NCBI RefSeq assembly: GCF_018977255.1
Contig: NW_024704743.1
Span: forward strand, 100,256,001-100,320,000
Reading direction: 5' to 3'
DNA from: Callorhinchus milii
Taxonomy: Eukaryota
Length of the DNA: 64,000 nucleotides
This document shows, one piece after another, positions 50,151 through 62,693 of this stretch. A program made the position numbers and the translations under genes. A model generated the notes under the pieces. The model saw only the letters and a program-made list of their open reading frames with translations, ran no database searches and was not told where the DNA came from. How positions within the stretch are numbered: the first letter of the stretch is position 1; each line of letters starts with the position of its first letter.

Positions 50151-50969
50151 TTATTACTGTAACAGGTCAGTCAATTTGTGAACCTGTTATTATTATATTT
50201 TTCGCCCAGTTAATTCACTTTACAGTAAATTCTGTGAAGCGCTTTGAGACGTTTCGAAGACGCGATAAGACGCTATATCAAATGCAAGGATTATTATATC
50301 ATTATCTCCACATGTTGTTCTGACAGATCTTAAGATCGGCTCACTGGAAGTTCTATTAGTAAGAAACAAACCAACACCCCTTGAAATAGTTCAAGGATGC
50401 TCGTTAAAATCATGAAAATCAATTTGTGGACTTGTGAGCATCTCTGCAAGTTATTCTGATGCATATATTAATGATAATAATCCTATTTGATATAGTGCCT
50501 TATCACAACATTGAGAAATCTCAAAGCACCTCACAAAATATATTGTAAAGTGGATTGACTGTGTATTTTGTGGGTGAAAGGTACAATAACCCAGAGAAAA
50601 ACAAGCTTGCTCACTTCAATAACACCTTTAGGAGATGTAAGGGGGAAATGCAAGAATGTTTACTTAGCGTGCACATTGTTATTTGATAACTCACAGAAGT
50701 CACTGAATGGTGTAGTGCTGAGTCATACATCACAAGGTTTGATCCCAAGTCTGTGCTCAGTTAGTGAATCTCAGCTGAGGCAGTGCATTCCGAGAACAAT
50801 CCCATAGGAATGTTCCCATCTCTATAACTGGATATCATCCACGTGGTTCATATATAGACTCCTGAACCATTAGGTGAACATCTGGGTCCTGTAATTCCTT
50901 ATGGGACTTTTTAAAGAACTGTGAGAAACGGCTTCTAAACTATGACTGAATTGAAGAATTTGCCAATGT

Positions 50970-51287
50970 GAAGTCCTGCAGCTCAGTGGTTAGTGCACTC
51001 GCCTTGCAAGCGAGACACCTGGGTTCAATTCCAGGCAGGGCAAAACCTTGGGCAAGTTTCCTTACTCCACACACCTAATAATAATCCCTCCAAAATAAAA
51101 CAATAATAAATTGATCATTTTCAATCCATGACTGTTTGTGGGACACTGCTGTGCGCAATTGGCTGCTGGGTTTCGCCCACAAATATACGGTTAATTCACT
51201 TTACAGTATATTCTGTGAAGCGCTTTGAGACGTCTAGAAGACGTGAAAAGTGCTATATCAAATGCAAGGATTATTATTATTAATAAT
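50970..51287 (+). mobile_element. Young tRNA-derived SINE, full length
   Basis: gaagtcctgcagctcagtggttagtgcactcgccttgcaagcg..(att)n. Confidence 0.92.
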
Positions 51288-51402
51288 AAATTCTGTAGAA
51301 TCTAAAAAAAATTCCAACGGTCTAGGCAATGTTGCTCACCTATCTGACTGCAGTGGTAGGTTGATTTTCAGTATGTGATCTGCAGAAAAAAATGTAACTT
51401 AC

Positions 51403-51491
51403 CATTTCTCCTCCTCCACTTGAACTCCTATTGACTGGAACCTGTTCAGCTTCAATGCTTCTACAATTGTTTCTCCATCAGGCCCATCAAC
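51403..51491 (-). CDS. DLGAP1: DLGAP coding exon, 89 nt, phase 0-2; absent from the ORF track
   Basis: ttgtctcag|GTT..AAA TG|gtaagt; VDGPDGETIVEALKLNRFQSIGVQVEEEK(C); includes the second dynein-light-chain-binding GVQV motif. Confidence 0.93.
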
Positions 51492-52285
51492 CTGAGACAA
51501 CAACAACAATATACTTTTACATAGTGTCCTTCATGTATACAGTAACATCTTTCACCCACAAAATACAGTCAATCCACTTGGGAAAACACTTGGAGATGTC
51601 TCAACAAGATGATAATATCAAATATATATCAAATGCAAGGATTATTATTATTATTTTACATAAACAATGTTGGACACCAAGCAAAAAGGAGTAAGGTGAC
51701 CATAATCACAGTTGAAAAGATGGGTTTTAAGAAGTGAGACAGAAACACTGAGATGAGGAAAACAGTATCAAGGCATTAGCAAAACAAATCTTCCAGAGCA
51801 CTTCTCTTCTATCTTTCAATGATAATTCTCAATTTATTCCCACCTGAATTGAATGGCTCAATGGAAATAGCCCCTCTATATTTCCCAGATCCGAATCATT
51901 CTTAATACTTTGAATGCCCCCCTTCAAAGTATTCTACTCCAGCGAAAACTGCCGCAACTTTCACGTCTCTCCCCATAACTATCATTTGGTGTCATCCAAG
52001 TGTAACTACAACAAGAACAACAAAACTACATGTATGTAGTGTCTTTGCTGTAGGGAGGACATCCCGAGGTGCTAGACAGTCAAGGGTTTACACCCGAGAT
52101 GGGTGTTGAAGTCAAGAGGGATGGATGACAAAGAAGGAAGAGGTGGGAGGATGGCCAAAAGAGTTTCGAAGAGGAAGGTCTTGAGGATATCTTCACCATA
52201 CCCACTGCACACCGAAGTGTAAACATGGTTTGTTTAGTGAGACAAGTGCCACTGACAGAGTTACATTAAGCAATGAATCACACAC

Positions 52286-52656
52286 CTGTATTCCGACTGA
52301 AGAGCACTTGCTTTTTCTCAACAGGTCCACTTTTATTTCCTCCACTGGTGGAATTTCCTGTTCAACTATCACTGGCGGCGTGATCTCAATGTGCTGCTGA
52401 CTATTAGAAGGTCCATGGACTTGAGCGTTGGCGGCTTCTATGGCAGCATTTAATGCCTTGACACTGTCCAAACTTTCCGTGGAATTACTCAATCTGGACT
52501 GGCTGTTCAGATCACCTCTGTGGCTGTGGCCGTCCAAATAGGCGTCTTGTGCAGATTCTGTGCTGCTCTGGGCGGTGATCGAGATGAATGGTTTGGTCGT
52601 GGTCCGAGGTGGGACTGGCGGAGGATTCTTCTTGTATGTTGTAATGCATGATGATA
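52286..52656 (-). CDS. DLGAP1: DLGAP coding exon, 371 nt, phase 1-0 (most 5' confident exon in the window)
   Basis: ctaaacag|TA..CAG|gtgtgt; SSCITTYKKNPPPVPPRTTTKPFISITAQSSTESAQDAYLDG..LSNSTESLDSVKALNAAIEAANAQVHGP..KSKCSSVGIQ. Confidence 0.95.
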
Positions 52657-53139
52657 CTGTTTAGATAGACAAGAAAAAAAATCACACACTTCTTCAAAAT
52701 GCTCTGAGTTGGATAGTGAAAGCAGTGTACGTTCTGTACAAGTTCAAGTTACACAACTTTAAAAAGGACTTTTAGTCATGACAGTGAGATGAATAATTGT
52801 CTGGCAAGCTTTTTTTCTCATTAGTTTATAAATGATTACAAGATGACGAGGGTCTAATATGTGGCATTTTTAAACAGGGTTGCTCAAAAAGAAATTCCAG
52901 CTAAACAATAAGAATCAGTGGGACCCTCTTATGCTTGCCTATTCTCTAATGCAATACACTTTTGGCACTGACTGGCCAGCTTGCTGATGAGATACAGAAA
53001 GCTGCCTGTGACAGAGACATCCCAGGAACCATTAAAAATGCTCACGGGACTGGTGGCCTCTGGCAAGCCAGGTTTTTCATGCAGTGCTGATCAATGAAGG
53101 TTGATATCAGTGACTTGATGACTTGACTAATCCCTTTAT

Positions 53140-53515
53140 AAAATGGCCTTGTATTTGTTGGAGCACCTTATCACGTCATCATGACACGTCACAGTGTAGT
53201 GAAAACGTGAACATGACAACCAATTTGTGCATGGCCATGTTCCACAAACAGCCATGAACTACTGCACATGACCAATTTGTAATCTGGGGAATTTTTGGCC
53301 AGGAAACCATGAGAAATTCCCTTCAAATTTCAAATAGTGCCATAGGGTCTTCAAAAGTCCAAGCCAGATTTAATGTCTCATCTGAAGGATTCACAACCAA
53401 CAACACAGCCCTCCCCCAGGACTACATTGAAGTGCCAGTCTAGACTGCAAGCTCACAGTTCTGACATTGGCCTGAACCCCAGAGGTGAGAGTGCTACCAA
53501 CAGAGTCAGGCTGAC
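53140..53515 (-). mobile_element. Deu-domain SINE, decayed
   Basis: aaatagtgccatagggtctt, tttaatgtctcatctgaagga, gagagtgctaccaacagagtcaggctgac. Confidence 0.72.
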
Positions 53516-54777
53516 CCTGACTGCACAGAATTCTTAAAGGAAATAAGTGTCCAAGAGGAGTTCTTGGATAGGTTCACATGAGGCACATCCAGGTAGCTGC
53601 GAGGTTTGATATTTGCAAACTGTTTTACGAATCCTTCCTGGTGCTCCCCACCAGCATATCAGGTTACCAGGTGGGAGATCTTTTGAAGAAGTCTGAAACA
53701 ACAGCTGTGTTCTTGCCTCAGAGGACTTTGTGGCAGATGGACAGGCACCATGTGGTGTTAACAGCACCCATAGTTCCTGAGATTTTAGGGCATAAACCAG
53801 ACTCAGACTGACACATTATAGCAGTCTAGAACTTTGGCTGGTCATACAATACGACACAACACAGAGTCTACTTGAACTGGTGATTCTGAAACAGATTGGT
53901 ATCCCAAGTGTGGACTACAACAAGCAACAACAAATTACATTTGTATAGTGCCTTTTATGTCAGGAGGACCACCCAAGGCACTGAACATTGACAAGGATAA
54001 CCTGGATAGCACTATATATATTACAGATAAGTATTTACATACATACTTGATTTATGAGTTGTCTGGCTTTCCTGCATGAGGCAATAAGTACATGAGCGCT
54101 GAATAATGAATAACAATGTGGAACAGCAAACTGTATAATTTGAGTTTCTTCAGCAATAAAAAGGGAGCACCAAACACCTCAACATTCCAGACCTCTATTT
54201 TTAGCAAGGACTTAATAATCAAGACTGTAAAAGTGTTCAGTGGACTTCTAAGTAATTTGAACCGCATCTGTGAGGTATTTGTTGTTAACAATGGGAAGGC
54301 GGTGAATATGAACCCTGGTCTGCACTGGTGCCCTGACCTGCAGGTCTCTAAACTGCCAGTTTCACTGAGAGCTGTTGCAGGGTCTCTGCCAGCTCCCACT
54401 GTGTATACTTGCAAATTTCATGCCCTATTTACTTTGCAGGACGCTTCAGAACGAGTTCAAACAGAATCCATTCTGAAACACCCTGAGGTGGCCTATGATT
54501 GATGTCCACCCCAGTTTACGTTGTGGAGCAGAATCCAGTGACATAGAAATAACTGCGTCCCTGCAAACCCAGCCACACACAGTAGTTTCCAACTCACTGT
54601 TGTTTTTCTGAACAGCATTGTACAATACATACAGCTGGCCGCTAGTAGGCATTGACAGGTTTGGCTGGCCTGCACTGGGCAGATACTCATGGGAAGTGCT
54701 GGATCGGAAGCTGGTAGAGAGTTTACAGTATTGGTTTGGATGCGACGAGCCCTGTGAGGTGGATATGAAGCTATACT

Positions 54778-54990
54778 TGTCAGCCTGGCTCAGCAATCTT
54801 GTCTTTGCGTCAGTAGATTGTGGGTTCAAATCCCATGTTAGGATATATAATCTGTCTTGACTGCTGATAATGCAGTGCTAGAGGTGTGCTTCATTGTAGG
54901 AGATGCCATGCTTCGGATGAGATGTTAAACTGCCTGCTCAGGTGGATTTAAGCTTTCATGGCACTGTTGGAGAAGGGAGATTCTCCCTTT
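54778..54990 (+). mobile_element. Deu-domain SINE fragment
   Basis: tgtcagcctggctcag..ttgtgggttcaaatccc..ttcggatgagatgttaaac..catggcactgtt. Confidence 0.7.
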
Positions 54991-56764
54991 GTCAAAGTAC
55001 TGGATACTACTGGCTGACATCTGAGCTAGGGGTAGGAGCTAAGGGATGCAGTGATTAGAGGAAAGGTGACCGAAATCCCGGTCAAAGAGCTACATCTTGA
55101 GGCAGGCCTTGAATGAGGGGAGGGAGGAAGGGAGTCGGAGGGACCCTGGGATGAAGTTTCAGAGAGTAGGGGCAAATTTCATGTCCCCTGCCCCATGTGC
55201 CCCCACTATCAGTGGATGTTGAAAGCACAACTACTGAGGGGCATATAGGATGAGGGCTATGGAGCAGTATATCCAGTGACTATATGAAAAGTAGATTATT
55301 ATTATTGTTTTAGTATCCACTGTTCCATTGTGTTTACACTGCAACTCTGCTGCTGAAGCTGTGAGCATATCCTTGGAACATAAAGTAAGACATTAACACA
55401 GGCCAACGTTGAATTGTTTACATAATCACCTTCACTTTATATTAAAAAGAAACCTGGTCGAGTATTTCTCCAGCGTAAACATGCTTAAAGCATAAAAATT
55501 CACAATTAACATGTACAGTAGATGCTGACTTAATGCAACCGTATCCACACACTGGAAATCAAAAGCAAACTCAATCGCATTGACCACACACCGGCATGGC
55601 TAAAGCATTGTTTAGTACAACATACAAAAACCTCAGTTTATTTCCTGGTCCAAAAGCTGAACTGAACACCTGCGGATGGGGATGGATTATTACAGGTCTT
55701 TACATAGTGTTACTGCCCTCCGATAGCTACAGACATACTAGCTCTGAGGCAGGAAAACCACCACAGATTCAGTGCAGCTGGAGAGCTCCAGGGCTGCCTC
55801 CAGCTACTCTATATATAACTGCATACTTAGCGAACTGTCAAACCTCTTAACTTCCCCATCCTCGAACCATGTAGCTCCAGCTGTTGTGGGATGCATCGAA
55901 GTCCAAAAAAAATTTGTGGGTTTCACTATAGGCAAGAAAAGTTTCAGGAGAACTGGTCCACCTTCCCAGATATGTTCGAGCCCTCGTGCTTATCAGAGAC
56001 TGGTACCCATCATTATTTTCAATGCCCCTCAGACCCAAGCAACATATGGAATCAGGAACAGGAGGAGGCGATTCAGCCCACTGAGCCTGAACAAATTTAT
56101 TAAATATTGGTAGATTTTTTAATCCTAATGCCCTTTCATTGTACCATTAAATATCAATGCAAAGATACCATAGCACTATTTGAAAAGAGAAGGGAGTTTC
56201 TCCCTGGGCTCTGACCAACATTCCCTCAGAGAAAATTGATCGTTCATTTCACGGCTGTTTGTAGGACATTGCTGTATGCAAACTGGCTCCTCAGTTGGCC
56301 TACAAAGTTCACACTTGAAAACAACAACAAATTATATTTGTATGTAATTTATTGTTGTTGAAAACTCCACTTTAAAATAAAATCATGTGAGGGACTTTGA
56401 GATGTTCTCTCAAAAGGCTCTATACCAATGCAAGGATTATTGTTATTTTTAATATTCTCCAGCAGTGTAATGATTCAGAACGTGGCAGTAAAGTTTGTGG
56501 ACTTTTATACTCTAACATAGCACATACTGTAAATCAAACCTGTCACTTGTTATTCAACAGATGCTCAATGAAACATCGCAAACTTTACCCCAGAATTTGC
56601 AGCAGGTAAAGCAATATTAAATGTGAACGTTAACCTTAAATGTGTATAAATCTGATTTCGCTATGGGATGGAACAAACACAATAAACAAACGTGCTGCAC
56701 TATTAAATTGAAGTGTGGTACGCAACAAGAAGAAGATAAATAAAAAAACAAGGAGAAAGACAGT

Positions 56765-57244
56765 ACAACAACAACAACAAGATTACATTTGTATAGCGCC
56801 TTTCATGTCGGGAGGACATCTGAAGGTGCTGGACAGAGTACAGCATTTCAGACCCGAGCTGGGGTCAGGGGAGAGGAAGGGACGGGAGGGGAAGGGGAGT
56901 GGCCGATGGCATGGTCGAAGAGGAGGGTCTTGAGGCGGGACTTGAAGGAGGCTAAGGAGGGGGCGAGGCGGAGTGATTGGGGGATGGAATTCCAGAGGTT
57001 GGGGGCAGAGTGGCTGAAGGCTCTCCTGCCAATGGTGGGGCGGGTGGGTCAGGGGACGTGGAGCAGGCCAGAGCCGGCTGAGCGGAGGGAATGGGCGGGT
57101 TTGTAGTGGGTTAGGAGGTTGTAGAGGTAGGGTGGGGCGAGGCCATGGAGGGCTTTGTATGTGAGGACCAGGATCTTGAACTGGATTCTCTGAAGGATAG
57201 GGAGTCAATGGAGTCGTGCGAGAGTGGGGGAGATGGGGTCACGG
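56765..57244 (-). mobile_element. L2 LINE 3' fragment
   Basis: (aac)n tail; same subfamily as 40551-41262. Confidence 0.9.
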
Positions 57245-58509
57245 TACTGCATTAATGTGATAAAAATGCCCCCATTAAATAATAGTTGCCAATGTTTGGT
57301 GGACGAGCTTTCAATTAATTCCTTTCCTCTTACTCTTCTGCCCTCAAAACTCAAGTTAAAAACAATAGTTTTGATCTGACTTTGGTCATCTTCCCTCACC
57401 CCACTCAACTCCCCCTCTCCTGAACTCAGTCTCTGCTCCCTGTCATCTGGGTGCAGCACTTTGCGACCTTTCCCCGATATGAAAGGTGCTGTATATATAA
57501 ATGTAAATAATTGTTGTTATGCGGGTATTTCCATAAACTCAAGATGCAAAGTAGTTGATGCCTTAATTGAAGCAGCCCTCAAGCTGTGACTTTTCTTTCA
57601 CGGAACTCTATCAAAGAACTATTTGTTTGTGCGCCAGACCAAGGCAAGAATACAGAAAACCAAAGAACTTGCATTTTTGCAGTGCCATTATCATGTTGAA
57701 ATGTCTCAAAGCACTTCATAAGTGTCAATTGATGTTATGTGCAGTTACTGTTTTTGAGGGCAAACAATTGCAAAATCCCACAAACAGCCACAAAGTAAAT
57801 TTACCTGGATTGTTGGCCAGGACATCAGGAGAAACTCCCTTCTTTTAAGTCACTGTCATGGTGTCTTTAATGTCCACTTTAAAACAGGGTGCCTGAGATT
57901 TGGATTTAACTTATCCAAATAATACAGCCTTCGACCCTGGAGTGCAGTTGCTCTGGCACACAGCCTGACTTGGCAGTGCTCCAGAAACTCAGAGACAGGT
58001 GAGAGAAACAAACGTGGATTCTGATCCCACTCTCAAACGCAGGCTCTTTGTTGTTACTGACAGAGATACTAATGCCCTGTACTTTAAGCACAGCAAAGTA
58101 GGAAGTAAACTGAACTCCATTCCCCGTTCCTCTGGAAACATCAAGGTGGCTGTTAACTCAAGTAGGATAATATTGTATTTATACATACACAGACACAAGT
58201 TGGTCGACCTTCACATTTCATGTGTCCTGGCCAACAAATCTCTGAATAAATTTTATTATTAACCTCTTGAAGCAGTTTGTGCATCACTCCACTTTGACAG
58301 CAACTACCCGTGAAGTGGTCTGGGATGTTTTGATGTGATATAGCACAAAAAAATCTTTTTTTTTGAACAGCAACCAGAAAATACGGCTTAGCTGTGATGT
58401 CTATAGACCTGGACTTCCTGACTGCATGACAGAATCTTTTACTTGAACAAAAACAACAATTTACAATTATATTAGTGATGTGAACTCAGCAGGATGGCAA
58501 CAGTCTTCA

Positions 58510-58950
58510 GCAACAACAACCGACTACATTTGTATAGTGCCTTTCACGTCAGGAGGACGTCCCAAAATGCTACTTCACACGTCTGGCAGCCTGAGTTGAA
58601 GGGTGGGGTGCAGAGGTGGCTGAAAGTGCAATCAAAAAGAAAGGTTTTTGAAGGCAGGAATGGAGGGGACGAGGTGGACAGAGTTCCGGAGAATGGGACC
58701 AAAATAGCTGAAAGCCCGCCCAACATTTGTGGCTGGATTGAGTGGGGGACATGAAGCAGACCGATGTTTGCTAAATATGAGCAGGGCCGTGGCAGTTGAG
58801 TCATAGAGATAGAGTGGTGTGTGGCCGTGGAAGGATTTGATGAGGATCTTCAATTCGATCCACTGGACTGGAGGATGGGGAGTTAAGCATGGATGGCATT
58901 GATAGGCTCACGGAGCCTGGTGTGGGTGAAGGACACGGGCTGCAGTGTTC
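58510..58950 (-). mobile_element. Older L2 fragment
   Basis: Tail acatttgtatagtgcctttcacgtcaggaggacgtcccaa; ORF KILIKSFHGHTPLYL. Confidence 0.8.
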
Positions 58951-60489
58951 TGGAGAGTAGTGTAAGTGAGCAGCAAGGATATTTTTTGTATAAAGAAAGA
59001 CAACATAAAAAATCCTCAGGGTAAATAAAAATGACAACTGTAGCGAGGACAGTACTGATCCTGGTGGTTTAATAGAGGAAAGAAAGGCTTATAGAAATAG
59101 AACTGTGGCTCCTACGGGGAATCCACACATCTCCCACAGCCTCAGACGTATATTCCAGCACAGTTAGGGCGAGGAACAGTAAAAGCTTTTGTTAGGCTTT
59201 CAGCAGCACAACTTCGAAACGTCAGGGATCCCTCGACCAGCAGACGATCTTGACAGCAAAGACCCAAGCTGACAAATGACTCTAGAAAGTTGTAGTTGTT
59301 GCCATTCTGACAGGTGAATGCTGCAGGAATTTTTTTTTGTTAGTTGGGTAACAGGAGCAGTGAAAGAGAGAGAGGATGGAGTGTCTTGGGGGGTGGGGAA
59401 GTCAGAGTTTTTCTCCGCAAATTCTTTGATGATACACATGATCTCAGAATGAGATGCCGAGGATCAGAAAATTATGACAAAGAAGCAGTTCGACTCTACG
59501 GGTGTTTGTAATGGATGCCAAACGGATGAGGTACTCTGGCACAGAATATTCCCCCACTTTCGACGGGCAGTTAGTTTATCAGCTCACCCCACTAATCTGC
59601 AAGCGGTTGTTTGTAAAACAAATGTCAAGGGAGCAGTGCTGCTGGAGCCTGGGCTGCACAGACAGCTGTCTCAAAACACATCAATTACTCAACCATGAGG
59701 GAACGAACAGAGAGAACAGCTGGTTCTGAAATGGCCCTTACTGAAGCGAACGCAGATTCTTAACCAAAGTGCTGTGGTTAACTCCCTCATTCCCCCTCCC
59801 ACCCCCACCCCCCTCCATGCTCAACCTTTGATTTTTTTAACCATAATAATTCATAATTGAAGTAAACCATTGCTTTATGTTCCAAACACTTTTACACTTT
59901 AAAGCAAGATTAAATAAACTGTATTGAGTCACATGGCTGGGGCTAATTAATACACATAGGGTAAAACAGTCAACAATTTGAATTTATATAGCGTTGAAGT
60001 TACATTGCAGAGTGAGATTGTGAAAAAAATGTACCAGGTGAAATCACTTCATGGTTGTTTGTGGGATTGCTGTGTCAATTTAGCTACCGTATCCGCCTAT
60101 AAATACACAGTCACTACATTTCACATTAAATTTGTGAAGTGCTGTGAGATGTTTGATGATGTGATAAGGTGTTATATGAAATGCAAGGATTATTATTATT
60201 ATTATACTGTAAATCAAACATTCTGTTCTGAATGGCAGTGCCTTCACCTCTAAGCAAATGCTCACTTCTAGGACATTAAAAGTTCTGCCCTAACATTTGT
60301 GGAACAGCAAAAAGCAATCTGTGTCTTTTTCACTGTGGTATTCAAGTAACTTGTGCAGAAAATTACCAAGGAAGCACTCTTTTGAAGAAAAATTAAAAAT
60401 TAAAACCAAGTGTCAGAGTTATGTATATGTCAGTGAAAGAAATAAGATGCAGTTACAGTAACTCTAGAATATAGAAGAATTAGGAGGTT

Positions 60490-61800
60490 TTGATCTTCCA
60501 AAATTCCCTGGATTCTGGAATGGTTCCCATTGATTTGAAGGTGGCAAATGTAAGGCCAATATTTAAGGAGTCCTGTAGCTCAGTGGTTAGAGCACTCGCT
60601 TTGCAAGTGAGAGACCTGAGTTCAATTCCAGGCAGGGCGAAACCTTGGGCAAGTTTCCTTACTCCACACGCCTAATAATAATCCCTCCAAAACCCAAAAC
60701 AATAATAAATTGGTCATTTTCAATCTACGACTGTTTGTGGGACATTGCTGTGCGCAATTGGCTGCCACGTTTGCCCACAAATATACAGTCAATTCACTTT
60801 ACAGTGTGTTCTGTGAAGCACTTTGGGACGTCCTCCCGACGTGAAAAGCGCTATATCAAATGCAAGGATTATTATTATTATTATTAAGAAGGGCGGGAGA
60901 CAAAACATGGGGAATTATAGACCAGTTAGTCTGACATCGGTGATAGGGAAAATTCTAGAGTCCTTAATTAGGGACGTCGTTGTCTAGGGGTACTTAGAAA
61001 ATCATAACATGATTAGGCAGAGTCAGCACAGCTTTACGAAAGGGAAATCATGTTTAACAAATCTTATAGAGGTTTTAGAGGATATAACTAGCAGGTTAGA
61101 TAGGGGGGACCAGTAGATGTGGTGTATTTGGATTTCCAGAAGGCATTCGACAAGGTGCCACATAAAAGGCTGTTAAAAGGCTGTTGGCATTCGTTGCAAA
61201 AGGGTTGGAGTACAAAAGTAGGGAAGTCCTGCTGCAGTTGTATAAGGCCTTGGTGAGACCGCACTTAGAATATTGTGTGCAGTTTTAGTCTACTTATAGA
61301 AAGGACATACTCGCCTTAGAGGGGGTACAGCGTAGATTTACTCGGTTGGTTCCTGGGATAAGGGGGTTGACCTATGAGGATAGGTTGAGTAAACTAGGCC
61401 TATATTCTCTAGATTATAGAAAAATTAGAGGTGATCTTATAGAAACCTATAAGATTCTTAAGGGTCTTGACAGGGTAGATGTCATGAGACTTTCCCTTGG
61501 TTGGAGAATCTAAAACTAGGGGGTCATAGTCTCAAGATTTCGAACTGAGTTGAGGAAACATTTCTTCACTCAGAGGGCAGTGAATTTGTGGAACTCTCTA
61601 CCCCAGAAGGCTGTAGATGCTCAGTCCTTGAACATATTCAAGACTGAGGTTGATAGATTTCCAAAGGATAGAGGAGTTAAGGGATATGGGGATAAGGCGG
61701 GTAAATGGAATTAGGTTAGAAGATCAGTCATGATCTTATTAAATAACGGGGCAGGCTCAAGGGGCCGAATGGCCTACTCCTATGTCTTATGGTCTTATAG
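60490..61800 (+). mobile_element. CR1 LINE 3' fragment with nested SINE and internal deletion
   Basis: IFQNSLDSGMVP.D.KVANV.PIFK|KG..GNYRPVSLTS..SQHSF..YLDFQKAFDKVPHKRLL..LYKALVRPHLEYCVQF..; tail cctatgtcttatggtcttat. Confidence 0.93.
60567..60884 (+). mobile_element. Young tRNA-derived SINE, full length, inserted in CR1
   Basis: Interrupts the CR1 codons PIFK/KGG; ttaag duplicated at both ends. Confidence 0.93.
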
Positions 61801-62693
61801 TAACACTGATGTCAAAACACTTGCAGTCACCCAGATGAGGTGACCTTGGTATGTAACTGAATAACATTTTGGTTTTGTAGCTAAGACGTCTGGTAACCGA
61901 TGAGGGACTTGTCAACTGCCATCACCTGATTGTCAACACAGCCCTAAAGCAGCCTCCCCCGCCCCTCCTCCGATCCGTGGGAGAGGAATAAACAAATCTC
62001 AGCTGACAGTTTGGGTAATGAATATAAATGAGGGCTTACTCATACAAGAGTGTCTCACATAAGAATACAACAGGAAATGGTATCTGTTTATGTTGAGCAA
62101 GGGTCACTGCAGCTCAAAACACCGTCAACTGGAATTTCACCTCAAGATGCCGCAGTTAATAGGCACGGAACAAAGCAAATGTAAATTCTTCTGAACAGAA
62201 CTGAATGAAACCCTCCCGCGGTGCACTTGTGCTGGGGGTGAGCTGGGCCGTGTGGGGTAACAGGAGCAGCGCCTGAGCTCGGCCGCTGGCTTTAGAGTGA
62301 TCTTTATACTGTCACACTGTTTTGCATTCAATACACACGGATACGACATGCTCCTGCTGTATATATATCATCCTCACATTGCATAATAACATCTTATCAC
62401 ATCGGAAGTTTGTCTCAAAGCACTTCACTGGATTCTACTGTATAATGTAACGACTTTGCCATGGAATGTTTAATATCAATCAGATGGATTCATGGAACTA
62501 TTTGAAAAGTAAAGAGTGTTTCTCCCAGGGTTCTGGCAAACAAACCTCTGGATGAATTAATTCTTCACTGCTTGTGAGAATTTGCTGATGCGCAGAGCTA
62601 CAAAAGATGCCGACAAAAGAATCACTATGCTTGGCAGTAATTACAGTGAAGTGGTTTAAGTTTCAATGTGATAAGATGCCATAAAAGCCAGGT

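Noticed and set aside
60266..60289. 24-nt minus-strand microexon candidate (ttag|GGCAG..AGAA|gtgagc)
   Set aside because: Contains TAA in the required phase-1 frame; no other support.
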